Shown: positions 35,401-43,504 of the stretch, in pieces | How the letters are laid out: the number at the start of each line of letters is the position of its first letter | Position numbering within the stretch: the stretch's first letter is position 1 | Assembly (NCBI GenBank): GCA_016284575.1 | Contig: JAEEPD010000041.1 | Location: forward strand, 1-57,532 | DNA from: Bacillota bacterium | Lineage (GTDB): Bacteria > Bacillota > Clostridia > Peptostreptococcales > Anaerovoracaceae | DNA length: 57,532 bases | Reading direction: 5' to 3' | Translations under genes and position numbers: made by a program | Notes under the pieces: model-generated | The model's input: only the letters and a program-made list of their open reading frames with translations | Database searches by the model: none | Told to the model about the DNA's origin: nothing

Positions 35401-35478
35401 CGCCTTCTCCACATGGGCGCTGCACGCTGCGCAGCTCATGCCCGTAACACTGTATTTTTCGTTATTTACCTTAGCCAT
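32410..35478 (-). CDS. copA: Copper-translocating P1B-type ATPase with one N-terminal and two C-terminal HMA domains
   Basis: N-terminal GMSCAACS HMA, TGES, CPC (SCPCALGLATP), DKTGT, GDGINDAP. A ~230-aa C-terminal extension carries two GMMCQNC HMA domains. Confidence 0.9.
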   Translation of the reverse strand: MAKVNNEKYSVTGMSCAACSAHVEKAVRGLAGITDVQVNLLTNSMIVSYDDPCSPAAISKAVSDAGYGASPMKQAKGGSASNAAARADAERAAREALEDHETPVIKKRLIWSAVLLIPLMYISMGHTMWGWPAPGFLAHNPLAIALYELLMAAAVMIINQKFFVNGFKGAIHGGANMDTLVAMGSAAGFVYSTAVFFRMCTAANAGDMMQAHELFHSGMYFESSAMILTLISVGKMLEARSKGRTTNAIKGLMDMAPKEAHLIRDGAEVTVPAEEVEEGDIFVVRPGESFPVDGRVLEGESAVNEAALTGESLPVDKAPGSLVSAATINQNGSLTCEATRVGGDTTLQQIIEMVQNAAASKAPIAKIADKVSGIFVPTVVGIAIVDFIIWMIARGDLGFALGRAISVLVISCPCALGLATPVAIMVGSGLGAKKGILFKTASSLEATGKLRYVVLDKTGTITEGKPRLTDMVPAEGITEEQLLKAAASLEAKSEHPLATAIREYAEAQSLEFDAAKDFRALPGHGVAGNVQLNGRSVTAIGGNATLMEEQGLLRDGAGLSAEAAGEGLRARGNALAEDGKTPLYFAADGKLLGIIAVADIIKEDSKEAIQELIGMGVQPVMLTGDNARTAKAIGRQLGLEAIVSDVLPDGKEAVIRKIQESGSTAMVGDGINDAPALTRADIGVAIGAGADVAIDAADVVLMKSSLRDVAGAIRLSRQVIRNIHENLFWAFFYNAIGIPIAAGALIPRFGITLNPMFGAAAMSLSSFFVVSNALRLNFFDIFSKKRDSKYQLAPLPDFLKAGAVSAEEAAELMRTEPCPVPAEATAEAGAAGGSQPDEAAGSAAVMSGTASAEKKTINLGGAEPSEDNKTKEGAEILKVVLNVNGMMCQNCVKHVKHALENMEGVAAAEVSLENNSAVVDITSWIPESAFKAAIEDAGYEFVSAAPAESAAPKKLISVNGMMCQNCVKHVKKALEGIEGVESAEVSLENNNAVITLNGDVSDETIKAAIEDAGYEFVSANVC
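32413..32853 (-). repeat. Tandem in-frame duplication (~226-bp period) encoding two CopZ-like HMA domains
   Basis: Two units share identical runs, for example gttgttctccagggagacctcggc and a near-identical cacatgctttac(g/a)cagttctggcacatcatgccgtt. Protein repeats: NGMMCQNCVKHVK(H/K)ALE...AEVSLENN...KAAIEDAGYEFVSA. Confidence 0.85.
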
Positions 35479-35526
35479 CATATGCCTCCGGATACCTGCT
35501 CCGGAGCCGTCCTTTCCATCAAAGTA

Positions 35527-35850
35527 CTATTTCAGCTTTTTTATAAGATCCATGGTCTCAGCCATGATCTCAGGATTCCCTTCCCTGAGCTCCTCAGCCA
35601 CGCAGCTTTCCATGTGGGTCTGAAGCACTATGTATCCGAAATTCTGCAGCGCGCTCTCCACCGCAGCCACTTGCATCAGAATATCCCCGCAGTAGCGGTT
35701 GTCATCAAGCATCCTGCCGATGCCGTTCAGCTGCCCGGTCATGCGGCTCAGCCTGTTCTTCAGCTGCTTTATCTGCTCCGGATCCCTGGGCATGCTCCTG
35801 TGGCGCTCATGTGACGAACCCCTGGCTTTCATACTGCTTTCCTTTTCCAT
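35527..35850 (-). CDS. csoR: CsoR-family copper-sensing transcriptional repressor
   Basis: LKNRLSRMTGQLNGIGRML...RYCGDILMQVAAVESAL...HMESC carries the Cys-His-Cys ligand pattern. ATG at 35850 preferred over the TTG at 35856. Confidence 0.85.
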   Translation of the reverse strand: MEKESSMKARGSSHERHRSMPRDPEQIKQLKNRLSRMTGQLNGIGRMLDDNRYCGDILMQVAAVESALQNFGYIVLQTHMESCVAEELREGNPEIMAETMDLIKKLK

Positions 35851-35898
35851 ATTCAAAACCTCTTCTTTACCTGAAGGTATGTATGATAGAACTCACGC

Positions 35899-35958
35899 AT
35901 ACCCCCGCCGGGTATTATTTACGCACAAAATAATATACCCCTATGGGGTATATGTCAA
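35899..35958 (-). promoter_or_regulatory. csoR-copA promoter with two CsoR-type operators
   Basis: Minus strand: TTGACA (35953-35958), 17-nt spacer, TATTAT (35930-35935). The spacer holds the perfect palindrome ATACCCCTATGGGGTAT (35935-35951). A second inverted repeat ATACCC-N5-GGGTAT lies at 35899-35915. The GC-rich TACCC/GGGTA half-sites match known CsoR boxes. Confidence 0.6.
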
Positions 35959-35977
35959 GTGTAACTTGTAAAAGAAT

Positions 35978-36613
35978 TTAAAGCCCGTTCCTTTTGCATA
36001 CTCCGTTCAGACAGCAGCCCTCGCAGGCGGGCTTTCTTGCGGCGCAGACCCTTCTTCCGTGCCAGATCAGAGCGTGATGCATGGCTGTCCAGCAGTTCTC
36101 CGGAAGCACCTTCATGAGTCTCTCCTCCGTGGCAAGCACATCATTTTCTGCAGCCAGCCCTATGCGGTTCGCCAGGCGGAAAACATGGGTATCCACCGCT
36201 ATCCTCTGCTGCCCGAAGGCCTCAGCCAATACCACATTGGCGGTCTTGCGGCCCACACCCGGGAGCTTCACCAGCTCATCATAGTCCCCCGGCACCTTAC
36301 CGCCGTAGTTCTTCACCAGGGCTATGGACAGCTTGCTCACATTGGCCGCCTTGGTCCTGTACATTCCTATGCGGTGTATGTACTCCTCTATCTGCTCAAC
36401 AGGCAGCTCAGCCATGGCAAAGGCATCGGGAGCCGCCGCAAACAGCGCCGGAGTCACCTGATTCACGCTTTTATCCGTGGTCTGAGCTGAGAGCACCACG
36501 CTCACCAGAAGCTGAAAATCCGAGCCGTGATCCAGCTCGCAGCCCGCATCCGGATACTCCGCCATCATCAGCTCAACGACCCTGCTTATCTCATCCTTTT
36601 TGAGTAATGCCAT
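35978..36613 (-). CDS. nth: Endonuclease III
   Basis: HhH-GPD (LPGVGRKTANVVL), catalytic Lys/Asp region (VDTHVFR), and a C-terminal 4Fe-4S cluster CAARKPACEGCCLNGVC. Confidence 0.9.
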   Translation of the reverse strand: MALLKKDEISRVVELMMAEYPDAGCELDHGSDFQLLVSVVLSAQTTDKSVNQVTPALFAAAPDAFAMAELPVEQIEEYIHRIGMYRTKAANVSKLSIALVKNYGGKVPGDYDELVKLPGVGRKTANVVLAEAFGQQRIAVDTHVFRLANRIGLAAENDVLATEERLMKVLPENCWTAMHHALIWHGRRVCAARKPACEGCCLNGVCKRNGL

Positions 36614-36622
36614 TTCTGCTCC

Positions 36623-37480
36623 TTACGCGGCCTTATGCTTCTGCCGCTTAACAGTATCGATCACATTATAGACCATAACGCTTATAAATACTATCACCGC
36701 TCCCACCATGGACAGGGGGGAGATCAGCTCGTGATAGAATATGGCCACCAGTGTGGGGTTCAGCACCGCCTCGATGCCGCCCATAAGGCTGGCCGCGATG
36801 GGCGGGGTGGTCTTTATGCCCTCTGTAAAGAAAATATAGGCAAAGCCCAGCTGGAAGATGCCAAGGGCCAGAAGCGCTGTCCAGGCACCGGCGCCGCCCG
36901 CGCTCAGGTCCTGCTTTATCAGGAAGGGAAGTCCCATAAAAAAGCCCGCCGCCATGCCCAGCAGCACAGAGCTCAGAGGATCCGAGTCCGGATAGGAATT
37001 GATAAGCATGACCCCCGCAAAGGTAAAGCCTGAGATCAGAGCCAGCACATTGCCCAGCATATTCCCAGCTGAAACTCCGTCGACAAAGAAAAACACCACG
37101 CCGCAGAACACGAAAAAGCAGGCAGCCACATCCATCCTGCGGGGCTTTTTCTTAAACAGCAGCCAGGTCAGCAGTATAACGAATATGGGGTTGGTAAACT
37201 GCAGGATGATGGTATTTGCTGCGGTGGTAAGCTTGTTCGCCATGGCGTACAGCGCGATGGTGGCAAAAAGGCAGCATGCGCCCACGAAAACGTGCTTATT
37301 GAAAACGATCTTATGACCGATAGCCTTCATATAGATAAGCATCACGAAAAAGGCGATGAAATTCCTGGCGCAGTTGATGGCCAGGGAATTCCATGGAATC
37401 AGCTTTATGAGCAGACCTCCCAGCGCGAAGCACAGGAAGGCAAAAAGGGTACTCAGGGTCCCCGGTATTTTTTTAAACAT
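36623..37480 (-). CDS. EamA/DMT-family transporter
   Basis: 285 aa, 10 hydrophobic helices with a two-fold internal repeat typical of DMT permeases. Confidence 0.7.
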   Translation of the reverse strand: MFKKIPGTLSTLFAFLCFALGGLLIKLIPWNSLAINCARNFIAFFVMLIYMKAIGHKIVFNKHVFVGACCLFATIALYAMANKLTTAANTIILQFTNPIFVILLTWLLFKKKPRRMDVAACFFVFCGVVFFFVDGVSAGNMLGNVLALISGFTFAGVMLINSYPDSDPLSSVLLGMAAGFFMGLPFLIKQDLSAGGAGAWTALLALGIFQLGFAYIFFTEGIKTTPPIAASLMGGIEAVLNPTLVAIFYHELISPLSMVGAVIVFISVMVYNVIDTVKRQKHKAA

Positions 37481-37502
37481 CAGTAGTCCTCAAATTAAAA
37501 GC

Positions 37503-37540
37503 GTTTGCCGGCTGAAGCCGTACAAACGCCATTATACACT
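37503..37540 (-). terminator. Intrinsic terminator after whiA
   Basis: On the minus strand: ggcgtttgtacggc-ttca-gccggcaaacgc hairpin followed by TTTTAATTT. Confidence 0.55.
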
Positions 37541-37553
37541 ATAGCAGGCTGTA

Positions 37554-38492
37554 TCAGTGAAGGTTTTTCGCTATCTCCGCTATTTTTTCGAAGCGGTGAT
37601 TCAGGCCCGATTTCTTCAGCGGTGGATCGAAGAGCTCAGCCAGCTCCGTAAGCGGCAGCTCAGGATTCTCCAGCCGAAGCTCCGCAGTCTGTCTGAGCTT
37701 AAGGGGCAGAAAATCCAGACCCCTTCTTTCCTCGATCCTGCGAATGTCTGCGATCTGCTTCTGAGCAGCAGCAATGGTCTTGTCAAGGTTGGCTATCTCG
37801 CAGTTGTTCAGGCGGTTAGCCTCGTTCTTCATCTCCCGGGTGATCTTGGTATCCTGATAGCTGAACATGCCGCTGTTGGCACCCACAAGCCCGAGAAAAT
37901 CCGCTATCTGCTCGCCGTCCTTAAGATAGACCACAAAGCGGCCCTTCCGCTTGCTCAGCTTAGCCCTCAGGCCAAAGGAAGCCATCAGCTTCTGCACATC
38001 CTCTCCCATGGCCGCAGAGCTGCAGCTTATCTCCAGATGATAGCCCTTGGAGGTGGGAGCGCTTACGGACCCGGTGGCAAGAAAGGCCCCGCGAAGAGCT
38101 GCCTTCTTGCAGCAGCGCTTTCTTGTGATATCGCTGCTGATGCCGTCAGTTATGTAATTGCTTCCCTCCTTGACCGAAAGGATGCTAGTTTCACGAAGGA
38201 TGGCGTCCGCATTCATATCAGGGGTTATGGAAAGCTCGTAGGACCGGCCTCTTGCCAGAGCCGATTCCTCCACGCTAAGGGAAGCCCTGGTTCCGAAATA
38301 GTCCTTGACCTGAGTCGCGAAGGCCCTGGCCACCGCGGGATTCTCTGTGCTTATCTTAACACCCATGCCGCCGATGCCAAGGGTTATGCTTCCAGCCAGC
38401 CTCAAAAACCCGGTGATCTGCGCCAGCTGGCAGCATTTCTTCCCGGGCTCCGCAAGGGTCAGTTCCTTTTTTACATCAGCACTGAATGACAT
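37554..38492 (-). CDS. whiA: DNA-binding protein WhiA
   Basis: Canonical N-terminus MSFSADVKKEL, degenerate LAGLIDADG-like repeats, and a C-terminal HTH (LTELAELFDPPLKKSGLNHRF). The start is internal to the ORF-track ORF. Confidence 0.85.
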   Translation of the reverse strand: MSFSADVKKELTLAEPGKKCCQLAQITGFLRLAGSITLGIGGMGVKISTENPAVARAFATQVKDYFGTRASLSVEESALARGRSYELSITPDMNADAILRETSILSVKEGSNYITDGISSDITRKRCCKKAALRGAFLATGSVSAPTSKGYHLEISCSSAAMGEDVQKLMASFGLRAKLSKRKGRFVVYLKDGEQIADFLGLVGANSGMFSYQDTKITREMKNEANRLNNCEIANLDKTIAAAQKQIADIRRIEERRGLDFLPLKLRQTAELRLENPELPLTELAELFDPPLKKSGLNHRFEKIAEIAKNLH

Positions 38493-38570
38493 GTTCTCCT
38501 GTTTCCGACGGCTGGAGAGCCGCCTTTCAATATCATATTCCACAGCTGCGGAGAGCCCGCAGCCCTGTCT

Positions 38571-39470
38571 TTACAGTATGCCCGGATAAGACCCGGCATT
38601 CTTGTTGTTGGGCTTGTTCCTCAGCTCCCTGTGCAGCAGTATCACGTTATAATCGCTGGCATCCAGCGCCTGGGCAAGCTTTTCCGCCACCACCACGCTT
38701 CTGTGCTGGCCGCCGGTACAGCCCACGGCGATCATCAGGTGATACTTCCCCTCGTGCATGTAAGCCGGCGCCAGATCCAGCAGCCACCTGGCCTGGGCAT
38801 CCACAAACTCCATGGTCTTGGGGAAGCGCATAACATAATCCTGCACCTTCTTGTTCAGCCCCGTCAGATGCTTAAGGCTCTGCACGTAGAAGGGGTTAGG
38901 GATGAATCTGGTGTCCAGTACCCAGTCAGCCTCCTCGGGGATGCCGTTTTTAAAGCCGAAGCTCATGACGGTGAAGCTGAAAATATCCTTCTTACGCTCG
39001 GATGCTATAAATTTGCGTATGGCCGCATTAAGAGCCGCCGTCTTAAGATTTGTGGTATCTATCACTATGCTGGCCTGCTCCTTGGCAAAGCTCAGCAGTT
39101 CTCTTTCCTTTGCGATCCCGTCCTGGATCCTGCCGTCCTGCGCAAGAGGATGCATGCGGCGGGTCTCCTTATACCTGTTCAGAAGCACAGCATCGGAGGC
39201 CTCAAGGAAGATGAGACGGAGGTTCACATCCTCCATCTGGCGCAGCTCCTCCAGCACATTTCTCATGTCGCCGAAGAACTTGGCGCCTCTGGCGTCCATC
39301 ACAAAGGCCAGGCGCTCCATCTCCTCTCCGCCCCTCTTGATGACATTCACGAATTCCAGCATCAGAGTTGGCGGAATATTGTCGATGCAGTAATAATCCA
39401 GATCCTCCAGGCAGCGTATGGCCTGGGTCTTTCCTGCCCCTGACATTCCTGTTACAACTACCAGTTCCAT
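38571..39470 (-). CDS. rapZ: RNase adapter / nucleotide-binding protein RapZ (YvcJ)
   Basis: MELVVVTGMSGAGKTQAIRCLEDLDYYCIDNIPP (Walker A) and C-terminal IAVGCTGGQHRSV. Confidence 0.9.
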   Translation of the reverse strand: MELVVVTGMSGAGKTQAIRCLEDLDYYCIDNIPPTLMLEFVNVIKRGGEEMERLAFVMDARGAKFFGDMRNVLEELRQMEDVNLRLIFLEASDAVLLNRYKETRRMHPLAQDGRIQDGIAKERELLSFAKEQASIVIDTTNLKTAALNAAIRKFIASERKKDIFSFTVMSFGFKNGIPEEADWVLDTRFIPNPFYVQSLKHLTGLNKKVQDYVMRFPKTMEFVDAQARWLLDLAPAYMHEGKYHLMIAVGCTGGQHRSVVVAEKLAQALDASDYNVILLHRELRNKPNNKNAGSYPGIL

Positions 39471-39512
39471 GGGATCCCTCCTCCCTGTATATGAAAACGG
39501 GTGACCCGTTCG

Positions 39513-40268
39513 TTATTCGCCGGTGTAATTGACGATGCGGGACAAATCAAGCCCCGCCTTCTTTGCCCTGGCAAGGGCTGCGTCCACATTCCCCACATTT
39601 TTTGCGATGTGGGCGTCGCTGCTGAGCACGAATTTCACATCGTATTCCATGGCAGTTCTTATGCCTTCCACAGTAAGCGCCGGGTGGTGGGCATTGATCT
39701 CCATCCAGGTGCCGCACTTTTCGCAGGCCTCGGCAATCCTTCCTATATCGAAGGCCGCCTTGTCTCCCGGATGGGTGAGTATCAGCAGGCTGTTGTTTTC
39801 CAGCGCCGCCAGCACCAGATCCGTGTTGAAGACCAGAGCCCGCTTTGACGAACGGCCCGTGGCGCCGTACCAGTAGCCTCCGGCGTGCACCATGGTGGCC
39901 TTAAAGGGCTTCTCGCCGAAAATGCCGTAATGGTAGCCCGCTATTATATAATCGAAGAGCTCCTGCTCCAGCGGGCTCACATCCAGGCGCCCCGAGGGAT
40001 TGATGATATTTGCCTCCACGCTTAAGCGTATCTCAAGCCCCGGGTGAGCCTTTCTTGCGGCTTCGATCTCCTCTCTCAGCTGCGGGAGCTTTTTCATGTC
40101 AAGGCCATAGCCTATGTGACCCGGACCATGATCCGAGATCCCCAGCAGCTTAAGACCCGCAGCCTCAGCCGCGGCTGCGTTTTCCTCCACCGTGCTCTTC
40201 CCGTGGGGCCTTATCTTCCCATGGGAATAAACAGTATGAGTATGATAATCTGCGTTTATGCAGCTCAA
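39513..40268 (-). CDS. PHP-domain phosphoesterase
   Basis: ADYHTHTVYSHG, LGISDHGP and later His/Asp motifs (HPGD, SSDAH) match the PHP metal-binding pattern. Confidence 0.75.
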   Translation of the reverse strand: MSCINADYHTHTVYSHGKIRPHGKSTVEENAAAAEAAGLKLLGISDHGPGHIGYGLDMKKLPQLREEIEAARKAHPGLEIRLSVEANIINPSGRLDVSPLEQELFDYIIAGYHYGIFGEKPFKATMVHAGGYWYGATGRSSKRALVFNTDLVLAALENNSLLILTHPGDKAAFDIGRIAEACEKCGTWMEINAHHPALTVEGIRTAMEYDVKFVLSSDAHIAKNVGNVDAALARAKKAGLDLSRIVNYTGE

Positions 40269-40269
40269 A

Positions 40270-41181
40270 TCAGTTTTCCTCTTTCTCCGGCAGCCGGATT
40301 ATCTGAACCTCCGGCTCCAGCCTTACACCGAAACGGTCGAGGACCGTCTCCTGCACCACATGCATCAGCTCTATAACATCTGTGGCTGTGGCTCTGTCCT
40401 TGTTGATTATGAAGCCCGCGTGCAGGTCAGACACCTGGGCTCCTCCTATCTGAAGGCCCTTAAGGCCTGCGTCCTCTATCAGCTTGCCCGCGAAATGCCC
40501 CTCCGGGCGCTTGAAAAAGCTTCCTGCGGAAGGATACTGCAGCGGCTGCTTTTCCCTGCGCCTTTCCGCCAGATCCTTCATCTTAGCCTCTATATCTGCT
40601 CTGTCTCCCCTGGGCAGCCTTATCACCGCGGAGATTATTATCTGCGTCCGGTCATCCATAAAGCAGCTGTGCCTGTAGGACAGCTCCAGCTCCTCTGCCT
40701 TCCAGTCCCGTATGCGGCCGAATATGTCCATGGTCCTTACGGACACCAGCACATCCTTCATCTCGCCGCCGTAGGCGCCTGCGTTCATAAGGACTGCGCC
40801 GCCAAGGCTTCCCGGGATCCCCGAGGCGAATTCAAAGCCCGCCAGCCTGTTGGCCAGAGCCAGCTTTGCAATGGCAGAAAGGCTGCAGCCCGCATCAGCA
40901 CCGATGTAGCCATAGCCCTGATCCTCCTCAGCCCCCGAGTCCGCCATCAGCACCAGATCCTTAAGCCCTCTGAGGCTTATGACCCAGCCATCGTAGCCCT
41001 CCTCGGCGAAAAGCATATTGCTGCCGTTGCCCATGAAGATAAAGGCCCGCGACTCTCTGTTTGCCGCCTCCACAGCCTCCTTCAGCTCCTCCAGAGTCTC
41101 CGGCTCCAGATAAATCGCCGCTCTGCCGCCGCATCTGAAGCTGGTATGCTCGCTCATGTCGCAGTTTTCAATCCTGATCAT
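40270..41181 (-). CDS. murB: UDP-N-acetylenolpyruvoylglucosamine reductase
   Basis: FRCGG..., GNGSNML, IPGSLGGAVLMNAGAYGGE, SYRHS, PSAGSFFKRP. The ATG overlaps the upstream stop (TGATG), and GGAGG lies 7 nt upstream. Confidence 0.9.
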   Translation of the reverse strand: MIRIENCDMSEHTSFRCGGRAAIYLEPETLEELKEAVEAANRESRAFIFMGNGSNMLFAEEGYDGWVISLRGLKDLVLMADSGAEEDQGYGYIGADAGCSLSAIAKLALANRLAGFEFASGIPGSLGGAVLMNAGAYGGEMKDVLVSVRTMDIFGRIRDWKAEELELSYRHSCFMDDRTQIIISAVIRLPRGDRADIEAKMKDLAERRREKQPLQYPSAGSFFKRPEGHFAGKLIEDAGLKGLQIGGAQVSDLHAGFIINKDRATATDVIELMHVVQETVLDRFGVRLEPEVQIIRLPEKEEN

Positions 41182-41954
41182 CACTGGTCCTCCTTCAGAA
41201 GCAGCTCCGGCCTCTCGCCCCTGGCCTCCCTGGCCTGCCGGCAGATCTCTATCACTGCCTCCAGCCGGTTCAGCACACTGCGTTCGACCATGGAAATAAA
41301 GGGCTCCGGGTCCCCGTCGTGAATGTATTTATATATCAGATTCGAATAATCCACCTCGTTGGCGGTGAGGCTCGGCAGCGGACAGCCATAGGACATCAGC
41401 ACATACATCATCAGTATGCCGGCCATAATTATGCTGTTCTTCCCGTAGGGGTAGATCTTCAGAAGGTCCAGATGCAGCATGGCTGCGTTGTCGATGAAAT
41501 AATCCGAGTGACGGCTGGCATAAGCCTTCTTAAGCATACTGTCCAGCAGATCCCTGACATCAAGAAAATGAGGCGGTACAAAGTCCCACTGATATACCAC
41601 CGGATTGTTGCGTCTGTACTCCGCCTCATCCGTGCCGAACACGGAACAGTACCACCTGTGCATTATCTTCAGGTCCGGATTCGCCTGCATCTCCAGGCAG
41701 TCCACCATGTCCTTGTAGACTGCGGCATAGCCGTGAATGAAGCTGTAGGTATCCAGAGGGAGATTTTCCTGCAGTTCTCCGGAAAGTACGCTGAGGATCT
41801 GCTGCTTGTCCAGGGGTGTGCCGTTGAGGCGCAGAGCGCTGTAGAGCCAGTACCAGAGGTCGCTGTCCCTGAGCCATGCGTTCAGTTGAAGGTCGTGACC
41901 CCGCAGACGCTTGAATTCATCGAGTTTTGATATGATGATCTCCTTCATGTCCAT
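41181..41954 (-). CDS. Fic-fold protein with degenerate active-site and inhibitory motifs (hypothetical)
   Basis: 257 aa. SALRLNGTPLDKQQILSVLSGE resembles the Fic S/TxxxE(G/N) helix but lacks the Glu. LLKIYPYGKNSIIMAGILMMYVLMSYGCP aligns with the HPFx(D/E)GNGRxxR region but lacks His, Asn and both Arg. Translationally coupled to murB. Confidence 0.5.
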   Translation of the reverse strand: MDMKEIIISKLDEFKRLRGHDLQLNAWLRDSDLWYWLYSALRLNGTPLDKQQILSVLSGELQENLPLDTYSFIHGYAAVYKDMVDCLEMQANPDLKIMHRWYCSVFGTDEAEYRRNNPVVYQWDFVPPHFLDVRDLLDSMLKKAYASRHSDYFIDNAAMLHLDLLKIYPYGKNSIIMAGILMMYVLMSYGCPLPSLTANEVDYSNLIYKYIHDGDPEPFISMVERSVLNRLEAVIEICRQAREARGERPELLLKEDQ

Positions 41955-42107
41955 ATTTTAGCACAATTAATATCACTGAAAAAAGCACTTATACTGCGTC
42001 AAATTATAGAACAAGAGACTATATATCGAATAATATTGAGTTGTTTCAAAATATGCCGCAATTATTCCAGTCAACTACAATAAATTGCTCCAATATCAAA
42101 ATAATAT

Positions 42108-42136
42108 CGTTTATTTTTCCGCTTCGGTGCTATAAT
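42108..42136 (+). promoter_or_regulatory. Candidate extended -10 promoter of the aminotransferase gene
   Basis: TGcTATAAT (42128-42136) with a weak -35 (CGTTTA). Lies about 60 nt upstream of the ATG. A small 5'-UTR hairpin atttcggc/gccgaaat abuts the GGAG RBS. Confidence 0.4.
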
Positions 42137-42194
42137 AGTCACGTTGCAATCGACGAAATTATTTCGGCAAGGCGGCCGAAATGGAGCTTATTGA

Positions 42195-43388
42195 ATGAAA
42201 TTTTCCGGCAAAATTGAAAAATGCGATTATTCTCCCATAAGAAAGTTCCACCCCTACCAGCAGGACGCGGAGCATCGTGGGAGCCATATATATCATTTTA
42301 ACATCGGTCAGCCCGATATCAAGACCCCGAAGGTCTTTTTTGACACAATCAGAGACTTCAGCGGCGAGGTCCTGGGCTATGCGCCCTCCCAGGGCATACC
42401 CCAGCTCATAGACGCGGTGCAGATCTACTACGCAAGGATAGGCTGCCGCCTTATGCCCCAGGACATAGCCATCACTCAGGGGGGCTCCGAAGCCCTGCAG
42501 CTGGCTCTTTCCGTCATACTGGATGACGGAGACGAAATAATGATCCCCGAGCCCTTCTACCCCAACTACAACACCTTCATAACCATGGCGGGAGCAAGCA
42601 TAGTGCCTGTGCCCACCAGCCCCGAGGAGGGCTACCGCTACGCGGTTAGGGAAAAGCTGGAGGCTGCCCTCACCCCCTCCACCAGAGCCATCATGGTAAC
42701 AAACCCCGGCAATCCCACAGGGCTGATACTCAGTCCAGAGGAAAGACAGGTGCTGGCCGATTTCGTCATCGACCATGACCTCTTCCTGATAGCGGACGAG
42801 GTCTACAGAGAATTCAGCTACGAATCAGGCGAGCTCTTCAGCTTCGCATCCATGCACAGGCTGGCGGAGCACCTGATAATCATCGATTCGGTATCCAAGC
42901 GCTTTTCCGCCACCGGAGCCAGAGTAGGCGAGCTTATCTGCCGCAACCAGCAGTTCATGGCAAGGCTTATGAAGCTGCTGCAGGCCAGGCTTTCCGTGGC
43001 CACGCTGGAGCAGCTGGCAAGCGTCAGCCTCTACGAGATGGGTCCCGGCTACTTCGATGCCACGAGGGAGGAATACAGACGCCGCAGAGATGTGCTCTGC
43101 GAGGAGCTTTCAAAGATCCCGGGAGTGAGCTTTTCCAAGCCCTCCGGCGCCTTTTACATGATGGTGACCCTGCCGGTGGACGATACCGAAAAGTTCCTGG
43201 TGTGGCTACTGGCCAGCTTTAACAAGAAAGGCAGAGAGACCCTGATGTACGCCCCGGCCGCAGGCTTTTACAAGACTCCGGGCATGGGAAGGCAGGAATG
43301 CCGCCTGGCCTACGTCATAAACGAAGAAGAGATCCGAAGGGGCATACAGCTGCTGGCAAAGGCCATCGAAGAATACAACCGCCAGTAG
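42195..43388 (+). CDS. Class I/II PLP-dependent aminotransferase (aspartate-aminotransferase-like)
   Basis: NPGNPTG, ADEVYREF, and SVSKRFSATGARVG (PLP-lysine). Confidence 0.85.
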   Translation: MKFSGKIEKCDYSPIRKFHPYQQDAEHRGSHIYHFNIGQPDIKTPKVFFDTIRDFSGEVLGYAPSQGIPQLIDAVQIYYARIGCRLMPQDIAITQGGSEALQLALSVILDDGDEIMIPEPFYPNYNTFITMAGASIVPVPTSPEEGYRYAVREKLEAALTPSTRAIMVTNPGNPTGLILSPEERQVLADFVIDHDLFLIADEVYREFSYESGELFSFASMHRLAEHLIIIDSVSKRFSATGARVGELICRNQQFMARLMKLLQARLSVATLEQLASVSLYEMGPGYFDATREEYRRRRDVLCEELSKIPGVSFSKPSGAFYMMVTLPVDDTEKFLVWLLASFNKKGRETLMYAPAAGFYKTPGMGRQECRLAYVINEEEIRRGIQLLAKAIEEYNRQ

Positions 43389-43446
43389 CAGCAGGCAGCC
43401 CAATACAATAACGCATTCAATACTCCTTAATTAAACCTAACATGTG

Positions 43447-43474
43447 AAAAAGCAGGCCTCGGCCTGCTTTTTTA
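43447..43474. terminator. Bidirectional intrinsic terminator
   Basis: AAAAA, then gcaggcc-tc-ggcctgc, then TTTTTT. Lies between convergent genes. Confidence 0.65.
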
Positions 43475-43504
43475 CGTTCTGTAATATGTTCTGGATGAAC
43501 CTGT

